Source: Pristiophorus japonicus (taxonomy: Eukaryota). Taken from it: a stretch of 64,000 bases of DNA. A model generated the notes under the pieces. That model ran no database searches. It saw only the letters and a list, made by a program, of their open reading frames with translations, and was not told where the DNA came from. Position 1 is the stretch's first letter. Each line of letters opens with the position of its first letter. Both the position numbers and the translations under genes were made by a program. The stretch lies in NCBI RefSeq assembly GCF_044704955.1, contig NC_091995.1:69006001-69070000 (forward strand). The letters are read 5' to 3'. Below are positions 37,181 through 49,706 of the stretch, one piece after another.

Positions 37181-37826
37181 ACCAAATGTAAACCACGACC
37201 TAACCTAATGGGTGTGACTGCCTGCAGAGTGAAAATGTCCAGGTAACCCTCCCCCTCCCCAATACATCCCAGTGTTTGAATGTCGCAGCACAACTCTGAG
37301 CCGGAGTTCCTCGAGGTGCAGTCACTTACTGCAGCTGAGGTTGCCTGGGATCACGCTGCTCTCCTCAAACTGCAGATAAGCACACCCCTGCACGGCAATC
37401 TCTATCTCACCTTCTTTTATATATTTCATTGCAGTTTTAAGTAGGGGAGGGGGAGGGGGAAGGGTCGTTCCGCGGGGAGGGGGGGGGGGGGGTCAGCCGC
37501 GGTGTTTATTTTTAGTTTTTTTAAACTAATTAATGTAACTAGTTTTAATTATTAATTTAATAAAGTATTAGTTCTAGGTTGCTAGGTTAAAATATTTACT
37601 GCTTGGAGCTTGTACAAAGCACCACCAGTGTTAAAGGCAACAAGGAGCACCTCCTCCGGCCCCAGTTCCCCCTCCACCCCCCTCCCCCATCCCACTGCTC
37701 ACATTGCCATCAGCAGTCTGTGCTGTGATTGTCTCGTTCAAGGATTCCTGCATTGTGATTTCCTCCGTCAGGGGATTCTGTACTCTGATTGGTTTGTTGA
37801 GTGGATTGTGTGCTGTGATTGGCTAG

Positions 37827-37998
37827 ACCGGCCCAGCTGACCACGGTGGGGAAGCGCTGTTGTCTCTGGCTCCAGGATCTGTGCATGGACCTGAGGAACA
37901 TCGAGCGTGGCCGCAGTGAGCTGCGGTTCCGGGGAGTGAAGGGGACGACGGGCACTCAGGCCAGCTTCCTGCAGCTCTTCGAGGGCGACCATGGCAAG
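37827..37998 (+). CDS. ADSL: ADSL exon 5
   Basis: ggctag|[19 protein letters not shown]...[24 protein letters not shown]|gtgagt. Confidence 0.96.
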
Positions 37999-38081
37999 GT
38001 GAGTGGTGCCAGCTACTGTGGGAACGGGCAGCACATTTATCACCAAGCGTCGCTTCATAAATAGCAACGGGAATCCTCATA

Positions 38082-38320
38082 CCCCACCCCGCTCCCCGCC
38101 CACGCTCTCCCGCCCGTCCGCGCTCCCCGCCCGTCCGCGCGCTCCCCGCCCGTCCGCGCGCTCCCCGCCCGTCCGCGCGCTCCCCGCCCGCGATCTCCCG
38201 CGCTCCCCGCCCGCCCGCGCGCTCCCCGCCCTCCCATGCTCCCCACCCACTCGAGCTCTCCCACCTGCCCGCGCCCTCCCCTCACGCCCGCACTCGCCGC
38301 CCCCGCCCCCGCCCCCTCCT
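38082..38320. repeat. C-rich ~20-bp degenerate tandem repeat (cgctccccgcccgtccgcg)
   Basis: Direct reading; ADSL intron 5. Confidence 0.85.
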
Positions 38321-38488
38321 CTATCTCTCCGGTATGTGCCTCCATTCTCACTCATGCTGCAGTTTTGGTTGCTGTTACGCTGCTGGTTCTTTCACTTGCA
38401 GCCGTGTTCCCTCTACAACCTCCCACTGTTCGCTCTCTCACACTCTGCATTGCTGCTCTCATGCTCTCTCTGCCTCCCTTTCTCTCAG

Positions 38489-38535
38489 GTTGAAGAGCTC
38501 GATCGACTGGTGACTGAAATGGCAGGATTTAAGCA
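38489..38535 (+). CDS. ADSL: ADSL exon 6
   Basis: ctctcag|VEELDRLVTEMAGFK CA|gtgagt. Confidence 0.95.
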
Positions 38536-39157
38536 GTGAGTATGATCTGTGTGATCACTAAATCGGTTCTCCCCCCCCTCCTCCCCCACCCCCCCTCCTC
38601 CAGTGTGATCAGTGATTCCATTCTTCCCATCCCCCGCCCCGTGTGAACATAATGTAAGAATTACGCGCAGGAGTCAGTTATTCGGTCCCTCTAGCTTGCT
38701 CCGCCGTTCAATGAGATCATGGCTGATCTTTTACCTCAACTCCACTTTCCCGCACTATCCCCATATCTCTTGATTCCCTTAATATCCCAAAATCTATCGA
38801 TCTCTGTCTTGAATATACTCAACGACTGAGCCGCCACAGCCCTCTGGGGCAGACAATTCCTGAGATTCACCACCCTCTGAGTGAAGAAGTTTCTCCGCAT
38901 CTCAGTCCTAAATGGCCGACTGTTTATCCTGAGACTCTGACCCCTGGTTCTCGACTCCCCAGCCCGGGGAAACATTCTCCCTGCATCTACCCTGTCAAGC
39001 CCTGTAGGAATTTTGTATGTTTCAATGTGATCACCTCTTATTCTTCTAAACTTTAGAGAATATAGGCCTAGTCTACTCAATCTCTCCTCGTAGGACAATC
39101 CCCCCATTCCAGTAATCAGTTTGGTGAACCTTTGTTGCGCTCCCTCAATGGCAAGTA

Positions 39158-39679
39158 CAGGTACAATGTCCATAATCCTCGGGACCGAGTCCGTGCTGGA
39201 TGTGGGGTTTTTCTGGATTTCAGACAAGAAAATCCGGAATCCTTGACCGAATCCGTGCCGGTATTTCGGACCTTGCCGCTCGCACTGGTGCTCGGCTATC
39301 CGGAGCCGAGAGGAAGGAGTCCCGACCCCAGTGATCGCTCAACCCCCTCCAGGTCGGAACAGTGAGCGCGGTGGCTAGTCATCGATGAGCGGGTCCCTGG
39401 GTGAGTGCGGACCGTTGGTGGGCTGTGTGAGCTGCTGAATTTCCATCACTCGCTCATCCCCTCTACACCCTACATTCCCGCCGCCCGCAGCCCTCCATTT
39501 CCTCGTCCCTCGCTGCCCGATATCGCCATCTTGGCCACCTCAAAATGTCTGTTTTTTGGAGAATTCCGGATCCCAGAGAATAATTCTGGATTCCGGACAA
39601 CTCCATCCATGATGCGCAAAATATCCGGTTTTCAGACTATTCTGATTTTGGGAGTTCCGGATTCGGGACGTTGTACCTG
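39158..39679. mobile_element. 522-bp MITE, Tc1/mariner-pogo type
   Basis: TIR CAGGTACAATGTCC vs GGACGTTGTACCTG (13/14); TA on both sides; removal restores ggcaagtatatccttcc of CR1. Confidence 0.88.
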
Positions 39680-40274
39680 TATATCCTTCCTTGGGTAAAG
39701 AGACCAGAACTGTACACAATACACCAGGTGTGGTCTCACCAGGGCCCTATATAATTGCAGTAAGACGTCTTTACTCTTATACACAAATCCTCTTGTAATA
39801 AAGGCTTTCTTAATTGCTTGCTGTACCTGCATGTTAACTTTCAGTGATTGGTGTACAAGGACACCCAGGTCCCCCTGAACACCAACATTTCCCAATCTCT
39901 CAGCATTTAAAAAATATTTTCCTGTTCTATTTTTCCTATCAAAGTGGATAACTTCACATTTCTCCATATATTACATTTGCCATGTTCTTGCCCACTCACG
40001 TAGCCTGTCTATATCCCCTTGAAGCCTCTTTGCATCCTCCTCGCAACTTACATTCCCACCTAGCTTTGTATCATCAGCAAACTTACATATTACATTTGGT
40101 CCCCTCATCCAAAACATTGATATAGATTGTGACTAGCTGGGGCCCAAGCACCGATCCTTGTGGCACCCCACGAGTTACAGCCTGCCAAACCCAAAATGAC
40201 CCATTTATTTCTATTCTGTTTTCTGATCGTTAACGAATTCTCAATCCATGCTAGTCTATTAGTCCCAATCCCAT

Positions 40275-43030
40275 GGGCTAGATTTTACACTCCGGCGTGA
40301 GCAGGAAAAATAGGTTTTCAGATCGCTGGCTTCTCGACCATTCTCTCAGCATCTAGTTTCCATTTTTGAAATTGGGCGTAACCGCAAGCGATATGAAATG
40401 GGCGTTAGCGTTAAATCTCTGACCTTCTGCCGTAAAGTGTCGCCGTCCTTAGCAACGGCATGGCAACGCTCGATTACTGCGATTCAGGAGGTCAAGGGTC
40501 ATCATGACATGCGCAGGAGAGGAGACAGAGGGGGCTGAGAGGGACTGAAAGAGTGTGTGGGTGTGGTGTGTGCTTGTCTGGCTGTTGTGGGAGGCACGAG
40601 GGAGATTCACCAGCATCAAGAACATAGTCGGCCCTGAGTTTTTGGCCAACAAATAATACATAACATGGAAGGGATGAAGGAGGCCCTGGAGCTGGTAGCC
40701 AGGAACATTGGTGGCAGAGGGCTCCCAGTGGTCCCGGAGCACCGCATTGCGCCCCAAGGTGCCGCACCCCCATTGTCAACTACACGAGAGCCAGGAGCAA
40801 CATCTTGCTTCTAGCTTGGAGCACGTTCCTACCTCGGGACCGTCCTCTCCCGTATCCATCCAAGCAGCGGTTCGGCTATCACCGCCCCCCCCCCCCGCCA
40901 ATGAAGCATCGCCTGAGGAACTTCTCGGCCAGGCAGCTTGCAGTCAGAAGGGGAAGGGGTAGAGGTGAGGAGGAGAAGCGGGGGGTGGAGGGTTGGTTTT
41001 TACAGAAATACTGATGATTTCAGACAAATGTTCGGTTGAAATGTTTTTTATTTAACAAAACTTTGTTGTGCATTGGTTCAGATAGCTGCACTGTTACACG
41101 CTGGTGATTCCTTAACATTAAAGGGTATAATTACACTTAACTTCAATCAACTTAAACTTTAACTGTCACAAAGGTGATGCCCACCATTGATGTATGATCT
41201 GCACACTCTTGTAAATAACAGCAAAGTTCTTTCAGGCAAAGCGATCATTGATGAGCTCCTGACGTAAGACTCTTGTAGCGATCATGCTACCATGGGCCCT
41301 TTCATGCAGTCTACAGGGGGGCAGGGGCATGGCTTCAGCGTCAGCCTGATTGTCTGGGCCGATGTCAGCGTCCGCCTCCTCATCTTCCTCTTCCCCCTCC
41401 CCCCCCCCCCCCCCCCCCCTCTGGTGAGGTGGATTGTCAGACTCTTAAGGCAATTCTTGTCCCCTCCTGATAGCCAAGTTGTGCAGCATGGAGCACACCA
41501 CCATGAATTGAGCTACCTGCTCAGGGTGGTATTGGAGCTTGCCTCCTGAGTGGTCCAGGCATATAAAGCGCTGCTTCAGCACTCCAATGGTTTTCTCCAT
41601 GATATTGCGAGTGGTTCTGTGGCTCTCGTTGTATCGCCTCTCGGCTTCAGTGTGGGTGTCACGCAGGGGGGTCATCAGCCAGGTGGCGAGGCCATATCCT
41701 TTGTCACCAAGCATCCAGCATTGACCTTGTGGCTGATTGTTAAACAAGTCAGATACAGTGCTCTCACACAGGATGTGAGCATCATGGATGCTGCCCGGAA
41801 ATTTAGCATTCACTGTCATTATAATTTGCTGGTGGTCGACAATGAGTTGGACATTCAGGGAGTGGAATCCCTTGCGGTTCCTGAAAACCTCTGCATCCTG
41901 AAAAGGTGCCCGCATGGCGATGTGCGGTCAGTCTATGCTCCCTGCACCTTGGGGAAGTTTGCAATTCTGGAGAATCCGAAAGCCCTCTCATGCTGTGCCT
42001 CCTTGGTGCGGACAGGGCTTCAGTGACCTGTCCAATGCAGCAATGTGCGGCATGCTGCAAATGCCCGCAAATGTCGCCTGAAAATAACACGATGCGTAGA
42101 ATGACAGTGCTGCGGTGACTTTGACCTCGACTGCAGTACTGATGGTGCAGGCAGGCTGCAGATCTCCCCTTATGAGCTGGCATATCTCAGTGATAACCTC
42201 TTTGTGGAAGCGCAGTCTCCGAAGGCAGGTGGTGTCGGGCAAGTCGAGGTAAGAATGCTTTTCCCTGTACTTGCGGGGGGTGTAACGTCTGGTCCTCCTC
42301 ATCAGTCTGGCATGTCTTACATTGGGCGCATAATGCTGTGGAGAGTACCTTCAGCCATCTCGAGTCTGCAGCATGTAATTGATCATCAATAGCCCTCTGT
42401 TTCCACCGATTGGTCACAAACAATGAATGTCTCGTCGAAGACACCTATTAAATTCCAATCATTCGCAGTATGGTAAAGATGTTTGTACAGATGTTCACAT
42501 CACCTCCAGAGTATATACGAACTCCCCCGAGGTTGAAGCAGAGCAGCCTTTTAAATGATGCGACATGTGATGTAGAACATGGTGTCCATAACGCTGTGAG
42601 TAGTTCCGGTTAGTTCCACTTTTTCCGGGTGGTTTTTTGGGCGAGCGATATTGTGGGCGATATGTGTGCGAGGTGGTGAAAGTAATGCTGGGCGATGATC
42701 TGGCCGTTAGTTTCGGCAAATGTGATCTTTAGGACAAAAAAAAGTGGGCGGGCGGTATCATTGAATCTCGGCGTTAATTCCGTGTGGAAACGTAACACTG
42801 GCAATATTATGGGCGTTAATTTCGCCCGTTCTGATGATTCTGCTCCAAAAAAGAGGGCGGGTGGTATTTTTTCCCGCCATAAGTAGGGGAAAGTAACGCT
42901 CGGTGATAAGAGTCCGAAAAATGCCCGTCAGTTTCCATTTTATGGCTATATGGGCGTTATACGTCATTTCAGCGGTAAAATGGACGCTAAGTGAGCGTTA
43001 AGCATGCACAAAACATGGAAAATCTTGCAC
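40275..43030 (-). mobile_element. PIF/Harbinger DNA transposon, decayed, 2756 bp
   Basis: TIR GGGCTAGATTTTAC vs GGAAAATCTTGCAC (11/14); CAT duplicated at 40272-40274 and 43031-43033; internal HARBI1-like transposase. Confidence 0.9.
41232..42390 (-). pseudogene. Harbinger (HARBI1-like) DDE transposase, frameshifted
   Basis: RLRFHKEVITEIC, FPKVQG, FRNRKGFHSLNVQ, FPGSIHDAHIL, LGDKGY, YNESHRTTRNIMEKTIGVLKQRF, MLHNLA and terminal LRQELINDRFA*. Confidence 0.9.
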
Positions 43031-44709
43031 CATGAGTCCTGATTTCGATAAATAACCTCTTGTGTGGCAACGTATCGAATGCCTTCTGAAAATCCAAATA
43101 CACTATACCTCCTTATCTATTCTAAGTTACAACCTCAAAAAACTCAACAGATTTGTCAAACATGATTTCCCTTTCATAAATCCATGTTGACTCTGCTCAG
43201 TCCTATTACTCTTTTCTAAGTGCCCAGTTACCACGTCCTTAATAACAGATTCGAGCATTTTCCCTACTAATGTCAGGCTAACTGGTCTGTAGTTCCCAAT
43301 TTTCTCTCTCCCTCCTTTCTTAAATAGCATGGTTACATTTATAACCTTCCAATCTGTGGGAACTGTTGTAGAATCTATGGAATTTTGGAAGATGACAACC
43401 AATGCATCCACTATCTCTGTAGCCACCTCTTTCAAGACCCTAGGATGCAGGCCATCAGGTCCAGGGGATTTATCAGCTTTCAGTCCCATTCATTTCTCCA
43501 GCACTCTTTTTTTACTAATTTCTTTCAGTTCCTCATTCTCACGAGACCCCTGATACTCCACTATTTCCGGGAGGTTTTTCGTGTCTTTTGTGAAGACAGA
43601 CACAAAGTATTTGTTTAATTTCTGTGCCATTTCCTTATTCCCCATTATAATTTCTCCTGTCTCAGCCTGTAGGGGATCCACATTTACTTTCCCTAAATCT
43701 TTTCCATTTTGCACACCTATAGAAGCTTTTACAGTCTGTTTTTATGTCTCGCTAGTTTACTCTAATATTCTATTTTTCCTTTCTTTATCAATTTCTTGGT
43801 CCCCCTTTGCTGAATTCTAAAAACCCTCCGAATCCTTGGGCTTCCTGCTCTTTTTGGCAACATTATAAGCCTCTTCCTCTGATCTAATACTATCTTTAAC
43901 TTCTCTTGTTAGTTATTTTTCCTGTAAGGTTTTTGTGCCTTAAAGGAATATATATTTGTTGTAAATGATGTATTAATTCTTTAAATACTAGCCATTGCTT
44001 GTCTACCGTCATACCTTTTAATATAGTTTCCCAATCTACCTTAGCCAACTCTCCCCTCATCCCTATGTAGTTTGCTTTCTTTAGATTTAAGACCCTTGTT
44101 TCGGATTTAACTAAATCACTTTCAAACATGATATAAAATTCTATCATTATGGTCACTCGTCCCTAAAGGCCCCTTTACTACAAGGTTATTGATTAACCCT
44201 TTCTCATTGCACAATACTAGATCTAGAATATAGCTTGTTCTCTAGTTGGTTCCTCAACATACTGATCTAGAAAACCATCGTGTATACATTCCATGAATTC
44301 ACTCCACACTATTACTGCAAATTAGGTTTGCTCAGTCTATATGTAGATTAAAGTCCCCCATGATTATTGTATTACCCTTGTTATGCAACTGTAATTTCCT
44401 GATTGAGACTGTGCCCTACATTGCCACGACTGTTTGGGGCCTATAAACAACTCCCACCAATGTTTTCTACCCCTTGCTGTTTCTTAGCTCCACCCAAACT
44501 GATTCCACTCCTTGATCCACTGCCTTTATCCCACCCTTTATTATCAGGCTACCCCTCCTTTTCCATTTTGCCTATCTCTTCTCAAAGTTAAGTATCCTGG
44601 AATATTTAGTTCCCAACCTTGGCCACTTAGCAACCATGTCTCCGTAATGGCTATTGATCAAACCTATTCATTTCTATCTGCGCTATTAATTCATCTATTT
44701 TGTTGTGAA

Positions 44710-45407
44710 TAAGAACATTAGAAATAGGAGCAGGAGTAGGCCATACGGCCCCTCGAGCCTGCTCCGCCATTCAATACAATCATGGCTGATCCGATCATGG
44801 ACTCAGCTCCACTTCCCTGCCCGCTCCCCATAACCCCTTATCGTTTAAGAAACTGCTTATTTCTGTCTTAAATTTATTCAATGTCCCAGCTTCCACAGCT
44901 CTCTGAGGCAGCGAATTCCACAGATTTACAACCCTCAGAGAAGAAATTCCTCCTCATCTCAGTTTTAAATGGGCGGCTCCTTATTCTAAGATTATGCCCT
45001 CTAATTCCAGTCTCCCCTATCAGTGGAAACATCCTCTCTGCATCCATCTTGTCAAGCCCCCTCATAATCTTATACGTTTCGATAAGATCACCTCTCATTC
45101 TTCTGAATTCCAATGAGTAGAGGCCCAATCTACTCAACCTTTCCTCATAAGTCAACCCCCTCATCTCCGGAATCAACCGAGTGAACCTTCTCTGAACTGC
45201 CTCCAAAGCAAGTATATCCTTTCGTAAATATGGAAACCAAAACTGCACGCAGTATTCCAGGTGTGGCCTCACCAATACCCTGTATAACTGTAGCAAGACT
45301 TCCCTGCTTTTATACTCCATCCCCTTTGCAATAAAGGCCAAGATTCCATTGGCCTTTCTGATCACTTGCTGTACCTGCATACTATCCTTTTGTGTTTCAT
45401 GCACAAG
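44710..45407 (-). mobile_element. Nested 5'-truncated CR1
   Basis: ORF 44874..45404; tail aagaacattagaaatagg. Confidence 0.9.
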
Positions 45408-45776
45408 TGCATTCAGATATAGTGCCTTTAGCTTTGGCTTTTTTCTCTTCCCCTGATGTCACCTCAGTCAGTGATGCCCAGTTACCTTTGTTAACTCTCT
45501 TTGTCGCTTCCTGACCCACTCAGCTTCTTGTAACCCGAAACTCTGCTCTGCTTGCGAGCCGTGGCTATTCTCTTGCTGCTTTTAAATTGACTCTTTCCTG
45601 AATCCTTCCACAACCCCTTCATCAGTTTAAAGTGTGATCAGTGCCCCCCGCCCCCCCCCCCCCCCCCCCCCCGGGATCAGTCGGCCCCCCCGTCTCCCCT
45701 CTATCCACGCTCAGTACCGCAGTGTTGTGGGCTGGTGGGCGGGGCCTGTGTTGAAATGTGTGTGTTTTACCCTCAG

Positions 45777-45867
45777 AACCTACATGGTGACTGGACAGAC
45801 GTACAGTCGCAAAGTGGACATTGACTCACTGGCTGTGCTCTCGAGCCTTGGAGCAACCATTCACAAG
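45777..45867 (+). CDS. ADSL: ADSL exon 7
   Basis: cctcag|[31 protein letters not shown]|gtcagg. Confidence 0.96.
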
Positions 45868-46440
45868 GTCAGGGAAGTGACCTGGTGGGTGGGTGGGGGC
45901 AGGCGGGAAGGTTGCTGAGAGTTGAAGAAAATGACAATAACTGTAATGGACACTGGAAAAATAAATAAGCAGAATTCTCAATTGATGTGGAGTTGCAGGG
46001 CTGGATTTTGAGGAGTGGGGAGAGTGTGAAAGTGTCCTTGCTGCAGGCAGTTTCGACGACATGGGAAGTGTTAGTTTTGTTGGCGTCTGCTCACCGTGGA
46101 GCCCGGTTTGACCGCAGGAGTCCGGAGGAGAGTTCCAGTGTCCCCTGCCGTCTGGCACAGAATCGGTGTGGGCTGGGGAGTGAAGCAGTAGCTGGGCTCC
46201 GCGTGGATTATGCTAACCTGGGAGCAGAGCTGAGGTGGCCCACTTCAACAGCTGAACTAGTTGTATAGGGGCTGGGGGGGATTTCAGACATATGTCAGAC
46301 TGGGGTTGGGGGGGGGGGGGTGGCTGGGCGGGCACGGGGGGTAGAGGGCGGGCATGTGGGGGGAGCGGGTACGTGGGGGGGGAGTGGCCTCAGTCAGCAC
46401 TGTTGGTGTGGCCAATAATCCAAACCTGTATTTCTCTCAG

Positions 46441-46510
46441 ATCTGCACCGATATCCGTCTTCTGGCAAATCTGAAGGAGATCGAAGAGCCCTTTGAGAAA
46501 GATCAGATTG
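46441..46510 (+). CDS. ADSL: ADSL exon 8
   Basis: ctctcag|[24 protein letters not shown]|gtgagt. Confidence 0.96.
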
Positions 46511-46609
46511 GTGAGTAGAGTAGAAGGGGCCAGGCAACCTCCGCGGGTCAGGCTGTGGCGGGAGAGGGGTGACATCATCCTCGAGGGGAGGGGGTTTTGT
46601 ATTAATTCT

Positions 46610-47134
<525 letters not shown>

Positions 47135-47978
47135 TAACCTGCTGGGTCTCGCAAACCGCGGAAGCTCACCGTGCCCCCGACACCGCGTTGATTGCTTCAA
47201 TACTTGACGGGAAAGCAGACTGACCCGTGGAGCTGGAGAAGGGGGGAGGTTAATTCCCCCCCCCCCCCCCCCCCCCACACACACCTTCTCGCTCTAAGCC
47301 CGGGGTAAATCTCTCCCTACTCCCTCGGGGTAATAATTCACCCCCCCCCTCACCAAACCCAGTGGAATGATTTCCCCCCCCCCCCCCCCAAACCCGGGAT
47401 AACCTCCCCCCCGCAAAACCCGGGGTAACCTCCCCCCGCCCAAAACCGGGGTAAACCCCCTCGTAGGTTGGTGCCAGCAATGAGGAGGTTCCCGAGCTGA
47501 CCCTCCTCCCCACTCTTTGCTGCGCTGCCTGCTCTCTACCATTGGACTCAGTATCACTGGGTGAAGGTGCTGGACTCTCCCTGGTTTCCTTCACCTGATC
47601 ACTGCCCAGTGTGGGATGTTGCATGTGACCTGTTCAGGCTCTACGGTGATGCCTCGCACTGTTGAATAGACTGCACTCACATTCATGGCGCACACGTGAG
47701 GGATCGCCGCCCCCACTGGTGCGACAATGTGTTGCTGCTGAGACAGCCAGCTTGGCCAAGCTCGGTGTTCTGGCTCCATCGCCGAAGGAACCGCAGCGGG
47801 GAGGGGGACTTCCTGCTGTCAGTGTGGGTGGGATTGAGAAACCCGACACGGTGTGCTACTACACTGACTGAGCTGATTGGTCCAACACTGCACTGTGTAC
47901 GGAGCTTTTAGTCACCCGCCTATTTTCTCTCTCTCTCTCTCTCTCTTGCTCTCCCTCGCTCGCTTTCTCTCTCTGCAG

Positions 47979-48069
47979 ACGCATCTGTCTCCCGGAGTCA
48001 TTCCTCACTGCCGATATTATCCTGAGCACGCTCCAGAACATCACTGAGGGGCTGGTCGTGTACCCAAAG
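47979..48069 (+). CDS. ADSL: ADSL exon 10
   Basis: (ct)n..gcag|[31 protein letters not shown]|gtagga. Confidence 0.96.
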
Positions 48070-48221
48070 GTAGGAGCCTTGTGAGGGATATGGGGAGATT
48101 GGTTAATATGGTGCAGCCGATCTCGACTGATGTATTTATAGAGCAGTGACAGGGCATGGGGGAGCCTGTAATCGCACTGGGCCCAGGCACTGGGGCTCTG
48201 CAGTTACACTCTGCTCGCTCG

Positions 48222-48935
48222 GCTCCCTCCCCCCGTCGCTAGCTCGCCCGCCCCTCCCCACCCCGTCGCTAGCTCGCCCGCCCCTCCCCACCCCGTCGCT
48301 AGCTCACCCGCCCCTCCCCACCCCGTCGCTCGCTCGCCCGCCCCTCCCCACCCCGTCGCTAGCTCGCCCGCCCCTCCCCACCCCGTCGCTCGTTCACCTG
48401 CCCATCCCCCCCCCCCGTCGCTCGCTCGCCTGCCCCTCCCCACCCCGTCGCTCGCTCGCCTGCCCCTCCCCACCCCGTCGCTAGCTCGCCCGCCCCTCCC
48501 CACCCCGTCGCTCGTTCACCTGCCCATCCCCACCCCGTCGCTCGCTCGCCCGCCCCTCCCCACCCCGTCGCTCGCTCGCCCCCCCCCCCACCCCGTCGCT
48601 CGTTCACCTGCCCATCCCCCCCCCCCCGTCGCTCGCTCGCCCGCCCCTCCCCACCCCGTCGCTCGCTCGCCCGCCCGTCGCTCGCTCGCACGCCCCCCCC
48701 GTCGCTCGCTCGCCCCCCCCCCCACCGCCGCTCGCCTGCCCCCCCCCCGTCGCTCGCTCGCCCGCCCCCCCCCCCCCCCCCCCCCGTCGCTCGCCCACCC
48801 GTCGCTCGCTCGCCCGCCGCCCCCCACCCGTCGCTCGCTCGCCCCCCCACCCCCGGTTGCTCGCCCGCCCGCCGCCCCCCCCCCCCCCCCCCCCCCGTCG
48901 CTCACTCGCCCGCCCCCCCCCCCCCCCCCCTTCCC
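48222..48935. repeat. C-rich 30-bp minisatellite (cgtcgctagctcgcccgcccctccccaccc), degenerating 3'
   Basis: Direct reading; ADSL intron 10. Confidence 0.92.
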
Positions 48936-49087
48936 GGCGTGTGCCCTCTCTCCCCGCCCCACCCTCGTTCTCTGTCTCCCTCGTCTCCCCACGCTCGCTT
49001 TCTCCTGCTCCTTCTCCTCCCGCTCACCCTCTTTTATCCCCCCCACCCCTCCTCCCGCTCACTCGGTTTTGTTCCTATCTGTTCCAG

Positions 49088-49177
49088 GTGATTGAGCGCC
49101 ACATTCGTCAGGAGCTGCCATTCATGGCGACAGAAAACATCATCATGGCAATGGTGAAGGCTGGGGAAAACAGACAG
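49088..49177 (+). CDS. ADSL: ADSL exon 11
   Basis: ttccag|[30 protein letters not shown]|gtcagt. Confidence 0.96.
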
Positions 49178-49373
49178 GTCAGTGCTGGCATTGCGGGTTA
49201 GATCCTGTCGCCTCCCCCTTGTGTCTGGGGGGGAGGGGGATGGGAACGAGTTGCTCCCCCTTGTGTCTGGGGGAGGGGGAGGGGTCGTTGCGCCCCCCCC
49301 CCTTGTGTCTGAGGGGCTCGCCCCCTTGTTTCTGGGCTTGGCATGGAATTCATTTCCTTCCCGTTTCCCACAG

Positions 49374-49550
49374 GATTGCCACGAGCGAATCCGTGTGCTC
49401 TCTCAGCAGGCCGCTGCCGTGGTCAAACAGGAGGGAGGTGACAACGATCTGATCAGCAGAATTAGGGAGGACCCCTACTTCAGCCCGATCCACGGGCAGC
49501 TCCAGGCACTGCTGAACCCCAAGTCCTTCATTGGCTGTGCCCCACAGCAG
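49374..49550 (+). CDS. ADSL: ADSL exon 12
   Basis: ccacag|[30 protein letters not shown]...FIGCAPQQ|gtgaga. Confidence 0.96.
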
Positions 49551-49706
49551 GTGAGAGCGAGACGGGGGCCCGGGACACACGTCGGGGGAGAGGAGAGACA
49601 CGCAGCGGGGGTGGGGGGACACACACATATGACATGGGACACCTGACACACGGTGGGCTTGGAACTGAGTCACTGCGAGATGATCATTTGTGGCACAGAG
49701 TAACAC

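Larger units (their letters stand above)
38645..45630 (-). mobile_element. Host CR1 (pieces ~38645-39157, 39680-40274, 43031-44710, 45408-45630) carrying three nested insertions
   Basis: RT and endonuclease sequence is collinear once the inserts are removed. Confidence 0.85.

Noticed and set aside
41232-42390. Domesticated HARBI1 gene
   Set aside because: Frameshifts and stops, and it lies between TIRs with a target duplication, so it is a dead transposon
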